A stretch of 64,000 nucleotides of DNA from a virus. Positions 1 to 9,500 of this stretch are shown piece by piece. A program made the position numbers and the translations under genes. The notes beneath the pieces are model-generated. The model saw nothing but the letters and a program-made list of their open reading frames with translations. It was not told the origin of the DNA and searched no databases. Each line of letters begins with the position of its first letter. Positions within the stretch are counted from its first letter, which is position 1. The stretch is taken from the IMG/VR virus record IMGVR_UViG_3300008120_000061, positions 11,942 to 75,941 of that record, one strand, 5' to 3'.

Positions 1-288
1 CTAACTGGTAGCGTAGGTGCTGTATACGGTATTCCAATTTTCATCTCTGAATTCATGGACACCGCTTCTGCAGCTGACTCTAACCTAGGTATCCTAGTTT
101 ATAAGCCAGGATTCATTATCGGTGAGCGTCGTTCAATGGAAATTGAAAGCGAATACCTACCACAACAACAAGTAACTGCAATGTACCTAAGCACTCGTAT
201 GGACTTCCAAGCCTTAACAACTGTTTCACAGGCTGCATTAAGTGCTCGTTATTCTTACGCAGGTCTAATTACTACTGCAAGCTCATAA
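1..288 (+). CDS. Major capsid protein, HK97 fold (C-terminal fragment, starts before the window)
   Basis: Frame +1 is open from base 1 (LTGSVGAVYGIPIFISEFMD...). G-x-VG-x-YGIP and 'MEIESEYLPQQQVTAMYLSTRMDF' resemble the T5 pb8 C-terminus; followed by a terminator and neck genes. Confidence 0.85.
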   Translation, partial: LTGSVGAVYGIPIFISEFMDTASAADSNLGILVYKPGFIIGERRSMEIESEYLPQQQVTAMYLSTRMDFQALTTVSQAALSARYSYAGLITTASS

Positions 289-320
289 TATACAATGTAT
301 ATAATACGCTAACAAAAGGT

Positions 321-349
321 GGGGGAGGGCTGAGCCCTCCCCCTATTTA
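321..349 (+). terminator. Intrinsic terminator after the capsid gene
   Basis: GGGGGAGGGC-TGA-GCCCTCCCCC perfect 10-bp stem, followed by TATTT. Confidence 0.8.
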
Positions 350-363
350 CTATCGGGATACTC

Positions 364-1080
364 ATGCTTAAACATCATATATGCCATATCCACTGCTTAG
401 ATCATCCTAGTGTATTTAAAGTAGTATCATATGCTGCTAAATATAAAAAACTATTTAACGGCGTAAAAATTGCCACTCTAATAAAAGTAACTCCAGAATC
501 TGATATTTACGAAAGAGTGTATTCTATATTAACAAAGCTAGGATACGAAATTGTTACAGTACAGAATACACCTCTTAGAGAGGTAGGTCATTTTTTTAAT
601 ACTAGCCTACCTATATTACTATCTAAAACATCAGAAGGGGTAGTATATTACAACCATTCTAAAGGTATTTCATATCATCCAGATTCAGAAGACGGCATAG
701 CCACTACTCTTTGGACAGATGTTTTATATCACTACACGCTAGATTGCGCTGATAAATTTCCTTTTGAAGATAAACGATATAAAACTTTTGGATCTTGTAT
801 TATTAAAAATAAAAACTTTCTAGAGCCAAAGACTCTAGGTGAAGAGTATAGCTACTTAGGAACATTTTTCTGGATCAAGATAGAAGATCTAGCTACTAAG
901 AAGTTTAACCCAGAACTATCTGTATTTTACCTAGAGGCTCTGCCGGGCTTAGTTAGTAAGAGCACTCAGGCTTTTAATTTGGGTCCAACCTTTAGTAAAT
1001 TTGAAAGCCCATATAAGTTAGAATCTTGGGAGAAGAAAGGTATAAATTTTGGATTTCCAAACAAAAATAATGCTAATTGA
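364..1080 (+). CDS. Hypothetical protein, possibly glycosyltransferase-like (RgpF-like motifs)
   Basis: 'REVGHF', 'YYNHSKG', 'LGTFFW' and 'YLEALPG' recall the H-T-K / G-T-M-F-W motifs of rhamnan-synthesis RgpF-like proteins. Confidence 0.4.
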   Translation: MLKHHICHIHCLDHPSVFKVVSYAAKYKKLFNGVKIATLIKVTPESDIYERVYSILTKLGYEIVTVQNTPLREVGHFFNTSLPILLSKTSEGVVYYNHSKGISYHPDSEDGIATTLWTDVLYHYTLDCADKFPFEDKRYKTFGSCIIKNKNFLEPKTLGEEYSYLGTFFWIKIEDLATKKFNPELSVFYLEALPGLVSKSTQAFNLGPTFSKFESPYKLESWEKKGINFGFPNKNNAN

Positions 1081-1333
1081 AATGGCTAGACTCCAGTATA
1101 TCACTTTTGATATGGAGTTTAGAGAATACACTTCCACAGGTAACTCTTTTAGTGGCGCTTATAACTTTTTTAGTTTAGAAGATATAGAGGCTCACAAAGA
1201 GAAGTCTGAAAGATATAAACAGATAGAAGCTTGGAATATAAAACATGCTAGCTTTAGGGATGCGTCCCCAATAAGACTTACTACGCATTCTATAGTGAAG
1301 AATTTGGAGAAATTAGATGGCGAACTTAGTTAG
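1049..1333 (+). CDS. Hypothetical protein (true start may be ATG 1070 or 1082)
   Basis: ORF fills the gap and overlaps both neighbours; no recognisable motif. Confidence 0.5.
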   Translation: MDFQTKIMLIEMARLQYITFDMEFREYTSTGNSFSGAYNFFSLEDIEAHKEKSERYKQIEAWNIKHASFRDASPIRLTTHSIVKNLEKLDGELS

Positions 1334-2585
1334 TTTAGCAGAAATAAAAGACTTTTTAGTAATAAAAGTTATTAATACCGATGAAGATGGTCGTTTAGCT
1401 AATATTGCTACCCAAGTTAGTTCTCTAGTAGAGTCTTATTGTGGAAGAATATTTGCAGCAAATAATTATACAGAATACTTTGATGGCGGAATATCATCAG
1501 TATTTGTGGCTTACCCACCTCTAAATAGGGTAGATGAAGTATCACATTTTGATGGAAAAGACTATGTAATTTTAGGCGGGCCAGGAGTTAATGGTGAGCC
1601 TATAATAACAGATGGCACTTCTCATAGCATTACTAATGTGGGAAATCCCGTACTAAGTACTCGCGTTAAAAAGTTTAATAGATCTAGTTTAAAGTTAGAC
1701 GGTAGTAGTTATGTCCAGACAGATTCTACAGAAGATTGGAACTTTGGAGTTGATCCTTTTACTATAGAAACGCAAGTTAGACTTGATAATGTTGCCTCGT
1801 CACATACTATAGCTTCTAGCGGGTTAATAGCTAATAATAGTCATTGGCAGTTTGAAGTTGATTTAATAAATGGCGCTCAATTTAGAGTTATAGAAAATAA
1901 CATTGTAAAGATAAATGTTTCTCAAGGTTCTAATACAGGGTATAGTGCCAATCAATTCTACCATATGGCAATAGTTAGAGACAACACTACAATTAAAATA
2001 TATAGAAATGGAACTAGCATAGCATCGTTAACCACAGCTAACTCAATACCTAATTTTAATAATGGCATATTTGTTGGTAGCGGCACACATAGTTTGACTG
2101 GATATCTAGACGATTTTAAGATTAGCCATATAGCAGAATATACCTCTAACTTTACTGCTCCTACATACCCTACTAGAATAGACGAAAATACTAAACTAAT
2201 GCTTCGTTTTGATGGGGCGAATAACACAAATGTTATAGCTGATGTATCTAGACGAGTTAATCAGTTTAGTTTCTATCCAGTAACTGGTGAAATAACTTTT
2301 AATACTGGAAATGGCGGCGGAACAGAAGCGCTTGGATTCTTTAGGCCTCTTAAGTTTTATAACTATCCTAAAGGAGTTAAAGTTACTTATAATGGGGGAT
2401 ACACTACAATACCTAGCGATTTAAAGCTAGCTACGCTTGAAATGGTAAAAGTTATATATAAAGGCAGATCGGGTAGCGAGAGTGTTAGAATGCAGGGAGA
2501 AGATATTAGCAGCCATAAGCTGTCACTAGATGGGTTCCCGCCACAAGTTAGAAGAGTTTTAAATCTATACAGGTTGATTGAATAA
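1317..2585 (+). CDS. Head completion / head-tail connector protein (T5 p144 / gp6-like) with inserted LamG-like domain
   Basis: N-term 'LVSLAEIKDFL...VESYCGR..YTEYFDG' and C-term 'VKVTYNGGY..IPSDLKLA..FPPQVRRVLNLYR' flank a LamG/ConA-like block ('FYHMAIVR..IKIYRNG..GYLDDFKIS'). Confidence 0.85.
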   Translation: MANLVSLAEIKDFLVIKVINTDEDGRLANIATQVSSLVESYCGRIFAANNYTEYFDGGISSVFVAYPPLNRVDEVSHFDGKDYVILGGPGVNGEPIITDGTSHSITNVGNPVLSTRVKKFNRSSLKLDGSSYVQTDSTEDWNFGVDPFTIETQVRLDNVASSHTIASSGLIANNSHWQFEVDLINGAQFRVIENNIVKINVSQGSNTGYSANQFYHMAIVRDNTTIKIYRNGTSIASLTTANSIPNFNNGIFVGSGTHSLTGYLDDFKISHIAEYTSNFTAPTYPTRIDENTKLMLRFDGANNTNVIADVSRRVNQFSFYPVTGEITFNTGNGGGTEALGFFRPLKFYNYPKGVKVTYNGGYTTIPSDLKLATLEMVKVIYKGRSGSESVRMQGEDISSHKLSLDGFPPQVRRVLNLYRLIE

Positions 2586-3808
2586 TGTCTAATATTAGAT
2601 TATCTGTACTTTCATTTAATAAAAATCCCGCACTATTACGCGTTTATCAATCTTATATAGAAGCTGCAGATGAAACATCTAGAAATAGATTACAACAAAA
2701 ACTAGAGCGAGTAATAGGTGATAAGTTATACGGTGCTAAAAAAGTAGCAGGAAATCCAAGGCTAATACCAGACTGGTATATTGATCAAAGTGACGCCGCT
2801 CTAGAAATTACTAATAAACTTGGGATATTTGAGAGAGATGCTAAATCAGGTATACTAGAAATTGAAGCCAAACTCCAAAGAAGACTTACAGAATCTAGAA
2901 CCACTACTACTATCGGTTCAGGAGTACTAAATAATAGTATTATAAATGAGATACTACAAAATAAAGGTCAAGTAACTACTAACAACGTAGAGCAAAAGAT
3001 ATTTAGGCAACTACGAAGAATTAAGTCTGGTACTAATCTATTTAATTTCTTAGCTAAAAATGCAGTTTCTACTATACACGAACCTGCATATCAAAAATCA
3101 AAAAACTTAACTATCCTGTCTAAAACGTCTGGTAGCTTATTAGCTTATCAAATATATTTTCCAAGAGCTAAATTTAAAGCTCCTATCTTCGGTAGTTCTA
3201 TTGGCTCTGATGGCACTATTAGTTACTTTTTACAAACTAGTTTTGAAAAACAACTTGTAGCCGCAGCTTCCAAAGCTATGATGGCTGTTGATGTAGAAAT
3301 TATACGCGAGCAACAAGATCTTGCTAAAACTATAAAACCTACAGATATAAGCTTTAGTAAGCCAGCTAAAGGTAGAAAAACTAAACCAACTGAAACTATT
3401 GACATGATATATTATTCTACTAATAGTATACCTATGTCTAGAGGTATTCCTAAAGCGTCTGTCAATCTTCGATTGCCCGCAGATATTGAAGATAAAGACT
3501 TTGACACTCCTAGAGACTCAGTACTTGATATAACTAGAGCAGTACAAGCTAAAGTAAGAAGTAGAATGAGACGTGGAGTAGGTAAACCTCGCCCTCCTAA
3601 GCTATATGAACGTACCGGAACTTTTAGAGGAAGTATTCGTGCTCATTTTGTTGAGCGTCAAAATACTGTAGACTATTCTTATATACCTTATTACGATAGA
3701 CTAGAACGTTCCGGCTATCAGGTTAATAGACTAGTAGAAGATTCTATTAGATCGGTAGTTCAAGCCAAGTTTAAACAACAGGCAACAACTAGAAGAATAA
3801 ATCTTTAA
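2585..3808 (+). CDS. Tail completion protein (T5 p143-like)
   Basis: Position between connector and terminator; basic C-term 'LYERTGTFRGSI...YSYIPYY...LVEDSIR' matches the p143 pattern. Confidence 0.7.
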   Translation: MSNIRLSVLSFNKNPALLRVYQSYIEAADETSRNRLQQKLERVIGDKLYGAKKVAGNPRLIPDWYIDQSDAALEITNKLGIFERDAKSGILEIEAKLQRRLTESRTTTTIGSGVLNNSIINEILQNKGQVTTNNVEQKIFRQLRRIKSGTNLFNFLAKNAVSTIHEPAYQKSKNLTILSKTSGSLLAYQIYFPRAKFKAPIFGSSIGSDGTISYFLQTSFEKQLVAAASKAMMAVDVEIIREQQDLAKTIKPTDISFSKPAKGRKTKPTETIDMIYYSTNSIPMSRGIPKASVNLRLPADIEDKDFDTPRDSVLDITRAVQAKVRSRMRRGVGKPRPPKLYERTGTFRGSIRAHFVERQNTVDYSYIPYYDRLERSGYQVNRLVEDSIRSVVQAKFKQQATTRRINL

Positions 3809-3819
3809 AAAATTAAAAT

Positions 3820-3848
3820 TTGCCAATTATAGTTCTGCGTGCTATACT
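3820..3848 (+). promoter_or_regulatory. Sigma70-type promoter for the tail operon
   Basis: TTGCCA-N17-TATACT with extended -10 TG and an upstream A-tract. Confidence 0.75.
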
Positions 3849-3865
3849 TAAGAAAGAATAGAGAG

Positions 3866-4315
3866 ATGTCCAATCGTTCCGATATAAATGACTTTATCGT
3901 AAGCCAATTACGAAATATAAACGGTAGAACGTCTCCGTACGATTCTACATACAATTTTAAGACGTCTTTACATGAAAATGTATACAGAGGAATTCGATTC
4001 TTAGATGAGATAAACGATTTCCCTTCTATATATGTATCTACAGGACGAGAAGTAAGAAAGTTTAATACTCAAGGAAATATAGAGGCTAGGGTAGAAACAA
4101 CATTACGCTGTTACTTGTATGGAGATGATACAGTTAATCAAATTAACGATCTGATCCAAGACATAGAACACGTTATTTATAATTTAAAGTTTCAACCATC
4201 TCTACAAGTATTTGATGTTAGCATTACTACAGCTTTAACAGACTCTGGGTTGCTAATACCATATGGAATGGCCGAGATATTTCTTAGTACTCGTTTTGAA
4301 ATTTTTAAAATCTAA
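3866..4315 (+). CDS. Tail terminator protein (T5 p142-like)
   Basis: ATG at 3866; 'NVYRGIRFLDEINDFPSIYV', 'LIQDIEHVI', 'TDSGLLIPYGMAEI'; directly upstream of the tube gene. Confidence 0.8.
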   Translation: MSNRSDINDFIVSQLRNINGRTSPYDSTYNFKTSLHENVYRGIRFLDEINDFPSIYVSTGREVRKFNTQGNIEARVETTLRCYLYGDDTVNQINDLIQDIEHVIYNLKFQPSLQVFDVSITTALTDSGLLIPYGMAEIFLSTRFEIFKI

Positions 4316-4329
4316 AGGAGAAAGCTAAA

Positions 4330-5604
4330 ATGGCTTCATCACTAAACCTTCAAAGAAACTCTGAAGTTTACATGTCTACCGTCGACCTAGCCGGTGGAGA
4401 TACAGGCTCAGATATGACACCTACAAATACCTGGAGAATAGAAGTACTCGCCGGTTATGCAGCAAGTCAATCAGCGGCTACACAAGATATTACATCACTG
4501 GAAAGTGGTCTAACTCCTGACCGCGGTACCCAGCGCTTTAACACTGCAATCAATCCAACTGAGTGGAGTTTCCAGACCTACTTACGCCCAACTGGAGTTA
4601 CAAATACTAGCGGAGGCACAAACGTAGACCCTACAGGTAACTCACAGCCACTAGCAGACTGGTTCTTATGGCAGGCACTTCTATCTAATACTGCATACTC
4701 AGCAGGAACAGGAGCTTCTTCAGTTCTGCAGTCTGTATGGCAGACTAATGGAAAATTTGCTCTAGTAGCTCGTGCAGCATCAGGTAATACTCGTGCCCAC
4801 ACTTCTAACATGGCTCGCGCAACAGAATATAATATGTACCTAAAAATGGATAACGTAGTATATCAAGTTCAAAACGCTACTGTTAATGAAGCTTCTATTG
4901 ATGCCGCCATTGACTCTATCGCTATGACCAGCTGGAGCGGTTTTGGTACTGATTTTATCGAACTAACAAGTACCGCACGTAACGACTTTATTGACGTTGT
5001 TGGTGGAGTTAAGAATGATGGAAGTTCTGTAACAGCAACTCCATCAGTTGACTCTAATACACAAGCTTCTGCATATCACAGTTATGCAAGATATAACGTT
5101 GCTGGAACTACAACTACAAGCGCATTCATTCAGAACCGTTTAAGTGCTATTGAAGTAACCCACACACCAGCAGGTCAAGCTTCAGATACTTACACATTCC
5201 CAGTAACTGGACTAGGATTTACATATTCTAACGCACTAACTTATCTAACTCCAGAAGAACTAGCTGCTCTAAATACTCCAATCAGTCAGTTTACTGGATC
5301 TAGAACTATCACAGGTAACTTTACTGCTTACCTACGTTCTGGAGATGATGAAAGTGCTCAGTTCCTACGTAATATCTCTAACGATTCTAGAACAAGTATC
5401 GCACAAGCAAGTACTGCTAACCTAAAGATTGGTGGTTCTACAGCTCCGTTCGTTGCGGCTTACATGCCTGCTACTCAGTTCAACTTCCCAACTCACACTG
5501 TGGAAGATATCATTGGTATCTCTGTAGAATTCTTAGCTCAAGAACCTACAGCTAGTCGTGGTACTGGTAGCGAATTAACACTAGTTGTTTCTGCCGCATC
5601 TTAA
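4330..5604 (+). CDS. Major tail tube protein (T5 pb6-like)
   Basis: 'LNLQRNSEVYMST...PDRGTQRFNTAINPTEWSFQTYLRP' parallels T5 pb6; strong SD AAGGAG. Confidence 0.9.
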   Translation: MASSLNLQRNSEVYMSTVDLAGGDTGSDMTPTNTWRIEVLAGYAASQSAATQDITSLESGLTPDRGTQRFNTAINPTEWSFQTYLRPTGVTNTSGGTNVDPTGNSQPLADWFLWQALLSNTAYSAGTGASSVLQSVWQTNGKFALVARAASGNTRAHTSNMARATEYNMYLKMDNVVYQVQNATVNEASIDAAIDSIAMTSWSGFGTDFIELTSTARNDFIDVVGGVKNDGSSVTATPSVDSNTQASAYHSYARYNVAGTTTTSAFIQNRLSAIEVTHTPAGQASDTYTFPVTGLGFTYSNALTYLTPEELAALNTPISQFTGSRTITGNFTAYLRSGDDESAQFLRNISNDSRTSIAQASTANLKIGGSTAPFVAAYMPATQFNFPTHTVEDIIGISVEFLAQEPTASRGTGSELTLVVSAAS

Positions 5605-5611
5605 TAATTGA

Positions 5612-5726
5612 ATAAACTACGCTTGAGGGGGCGTAGTTTATAAAAATGCAGTTGGGTAGCTACCTCAGCAAGCTATTAGATCTCCCCTCACTAATAGTAA
5701 GTTGGATATGGTAGCTACCCTTTTTT
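5612..5726 (+). promoter_or_regulatory. Two-hairpin structured RNA / terminator between the tube and chaperone genes
   Basis: 11-bp hairpin 5612-5641; long hairpin 5654-5720 followed by T6; the two loops are complementary. Confidence 0.65.
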
Positions 5727-5748
5727 ATAATAGAAATGAGAGGAAAAT

Positions 5749-6180
5749 ATGAGTTTAATTAAAAATTTAATGGTAACAGAAAAGGTTACCGAAGTAGAGT
5801 TTCCAGATATTGACGGATTTGTAGTTCATGTTAACTATGTTGGCCGTGACAAAATGATGAAAATTCGTAATAGCGCACTAGTATATAAGTTTAATAAGCG
5901 TACTCGCCAGCGTGAAGAAGAAGTAGATAATGATAAGTTCCTAGAAGCTTATACTGAAGCTACTATTAAAGGTTGGAAAGGTCTAACTGTAAAAGGACTA
6001 AGCCAGCTTATTCCAGTAGACACTTCTAAAATGGATGCTAGTAAAGAAATTCCTTACACTCCAGAAGACGCTCTTGACCTAGTTAAAAACTCTACTATTT
6101 TTGATCAATTTATCACTGACACGCTAAATGATTTTGATAACTTTGAACAAACTAGAAAAGAAACTCAAGAAAAAAACTAA
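5749..6180 (+). CDS. Tail assembly chaperone (lambda G / T5 p139-like)
   Basis: Between tube and tape measure; 'TIKGWKGL' motif; ends in a slippery site. Confidence 0.85.
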   Translation: MSLIKNLMVTEKVTEVEFPDIDGFVVHVNYVGRDKMMKIRNSALVYKFNKRTRQREEEVDNDKFLEAYTEATIKGWKGLTVKGLSQLIPVDTSKMDASKEIPYTPEDALDLVKNSTIFDQFITDTLNDFDNFEQTRKETQEKN

Positions 6181-6220
6181 AAGACTTCCTCCGCAATCAA
6201 CTTCATGGCGGAGGGATGTC
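6171..6220 (+). promoter_or_regulatory. -1 programmed ribosomal frameshift signal
   Basis: A AAA AAC heptamer at 6171-6177 before the stop; the -1 frame is open (KLKDFLRNQLHGGGMS...) into 6216..6548; downstream stem TTCCTCCGC/GCGGAGGGA. Confidence 0.8.
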
Positions 6221-6548
6221 AGCTGACCAATACTACGCTATGTGTGAACAAATGGGGTGGGAGCCAAGAGAAGATGAAATACCAAAAGATATTGGCTCTC
6301 TCCCATTTAATAGTCAACTAGCTGTTTTATTTTTAAACCTACTTCCAGATCGTTGGGATACTACTGGTGGTGGATGGTTAGGAAAAGATTTTGCACCCTT
6401 AGAAGCTTTTATGAACATACATGAGGCGCAAGATAGAAAAGAAATCCTTGATTTAATACTAATAGCTCATAGCGTACTAGCTGAACACTATAATCAGCAA
6501 AAGAAAGCTAGAGATTCTGCAGGTAAGAACAAGGCAAGAGTGAGATAA
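6216..6548 (+). CDS. Tail assembly chaperone frameshift extension (lambda T-like)
   Basis: In the -1 frame of the upstream chaperone; 'LLPDRWD..GGGWLGKDF'; abuts the tape measure gene. Confidence 0.8.
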   Translation: MSADQYYAMCEQMGWEPREDEIPKDIGSLPFNSQLAVLFLNLLPDRWDTTGGGWLGKDFAPLEAFMNIHEAQDRKEILDLILIAHSVLAEHYNQQKKARDSAGKNKARVR

Positions 6549-6551
6549 GGT

Positions 6552-9500
6552 TTGGCTTTAATTAAGAATATAATTCAGACCCAGTTTACTAGTACTGGAT
6601 CTGGCGCAGTAAATAAACAAGTAGAAACTTTAAATAAAAATCAAACCCGCCTAGCACAGAGTAGTGCTAGCGCGGGTCGCTCTTTTGCTGCGCAATCACA
6701 AGGTTTAGGTGGTTTAGTTGGTGCCTATGCTGGTGCTGCTGCAACTACATTTGCCCTACAACAAGCCTTCTCAAAATTAGCTGCTGCTGCTCGTGCTGAA
6801 CAAACTCTAGAAGGTCTTAAAAGCTTAGCCACTGCTAGCGGTGAGTCTAGTTCTATCTTGCTTAAAAATGTTCGTGAAATAACTAAAAACCAATTAACAC
6901 TTGCAGAAGCCGCACAACAAATTAACCTTAGCTTAAGTGCTGGTTTTGACCAAAGACAAATTGAAGGACTAGCTACTGTAGCTATAAAAGCGTCACGCGC
7001 GTTAGGACGTGATTTAACTGACGCTTATACTCGTGTTATTCGCGGTTCAGCTAAGTTGGAAACAGAACTCTTAGACGAACTTGGTATTTATACTAAAATT
7101 GGACCATCTACTCGTGCTTATGCTGCTGCCTTAAATAGATCAGCAGAATCATTAACAGAATTTGAACGTCGTCAAGCATTTGTTAATAGCGTTATTGCAG
7201 AAGGAAATAGAAAATTCTCTTCTATAAATACTACTATACCAACTTCCGCAGAAAGGCTAGAAGCTTTTGGCGTTAAGATTGTTGATGTAGCTACGCAAAT
7301 GGGTATTCTCTTAGCTAACTATCTAGCTCCATTGGCTGACTTCTTAACAAATAATTTTGCGGGTAGCTTAGCTGCAGTAGGTACACTGCTTGCTTTAATT
7401 TCTAAGACAGCCGTAGGCGCTTTAGGTTCGGCTATAGGTAAATTAGAAACTAAAATTGAATCTTTTACTAGTAAAACTAGTGGTTGGCTAGCTAAAAATG
7501 GTGGGGACTGGCAAGGGTATTCAAAAAAAGCTCAGGAAGCTATGCAAAGCGTAAATACTCAAATGCGTGGATTAAACAAAGCAGAGCAAAGCCAACTTTC
7601 TGCCTTACGTGAAACTTCTAAACAACGCGCACTAACAAGTTCCGAGCTAAAATCTGCCAATGACATTTTGAAAAAAAGAGAAGATAGTTTAACTACCCTG
7701 ACAGCTACTCAGACAAAAGAATTAGCGGTTCTTACGGCTTCACGAGCGGCAGGCAAGCTATCACAAGACCAAACTAAAGCTCTAGATACTACTATAAATA
7801 ATTTAACTAAAAGACTCGAAATAAACCAGGCTATACTTGCTAGTACAACTGCTCAAACTAAACTTTTTGGAGCTGCCCAAGCTGCTACCGGGGCTAGAAT
7901 AGCAGCAGTTACTGCTACAGTTGCTTCAGGATTTAGTACTTTAGTAGTAGGAACAGTAAGTGCTGGTAGAGCTTTACTTGGTCTAACATCAGGTTTTCTT
8001 GGGGTTGTGTCAATTGCATCTTTAGTTGGTAGTTCTATTGCCGGATTAATGGGTAAACAAGAAGCTTATAACGCCTTACTAAAAGAAGGGGCACTAGCTT
8101 TAGGAGCATTCTTTAATCCTGGGGCTGGAAATAGTACTCAGGAATCTTTTAATGCATTAGCTGCTGCTGCCCTAGAAGATATGTCTAAAGTAGACGCTAC
8201 ACTAAGAGACATAGATACTTTTAAGATTAAAGATAAAGTTTTTGGTATAAGCGTTGATGTAGAAAAAACAAAAGAAGACTTAGTACGCGAAGTTGGAGCT
8301 ATTTTTGAAGAAGTAGCAAAAGACGGACAAAAGACTTTTACAGAGAGTTTTGCTTCTGGTAGTGCTGCTACAGGCGGATTATTAGGTTATATTTTTGGAG
8401 GTTCTATTATTAGAGGGATTGCCTCTTTTGTAACAGCTAGAGGATTAACAATGCTTGGCGGAGCGCTTGGTACTGCTTTTGGGGGTCCTATTGGTACTGC
8501 TGTTGGTGCGGCTATAGGTGCAGCAGCAGGTGCTGCTTTTGAGTACTATTTCTCAAAAAGCTTAGACGATTTAGATCCTCAGGCTTTAGAAGATGCACTA
8601 ATTACTGTTGGTAGAAGGGTTTATAATGACCCTGAAGCATTTGCAGGTATAAATGAGACACTAGCACAAGCTCTATATAAAATAGAAGAACAATACGGAG
8701 CATTAGCAGAAGCTTCTTTTGCAGGTAGAGAATATTATAGAATTATGGTACAAGTGGCGGAAGCCATTGGAGACTCTTCTAACAACCTAGAAATATTAAC
8801 TGATCTATCAAAAGCTTTAGGAATTTCTATTGTAGATTTAAAAAAGAATTTTACCGATCTAACAAGCGGCAATGGCAACATTCAACTTATACCTAAATTA
8901 GATATACCAGATATTAGCCTACCTGCGTTAACTATTACTATACAAGATGAAAAAGCTGTATTAAGTAGACTAGCTACAATTAGTGATATTGCAAATGAGT
9001 TAGCGTCAAGCTATTTTATAACTCCTGAACAAACTAACTCAGTTTTAACGTTATCAAATGCTATTGGTGATTTGGCTGCTATAACTCAAACAGCTAGTAC
9101 AGACATATTACTAGCTAATAATAATTTACAATCTTTTCGTAACGCTGTTGATGATGGGTCTATAACCTTAGAGAAATTTGCGGAAAATGAAGCAGCTGTA
9201 TCTAAGAGTTTAATTAGAGCCGGTGCCGCATTAGATGTTGCTAAAGATAAATTAGCCGAATTAAAAGATCAAAGAGCTGCCGCTGAAGAACTTGGTATAC
9301 CAACACAATTATTAGAAATACTTAATGAGGAAATTAGGTTACAGTCAAGTATAGTAGCAGAAATATCTAAAGGTATTGGTGCTACTCAAGAAAGACTTGG
9401 AATACTACTAACAGAGTCCCAGGCTCTTAGAGATCAGTTAAAGATTAAAGAGAACATAACAACACTATTTGATGCAGAATTAAAAACTAAATTAGATCTT

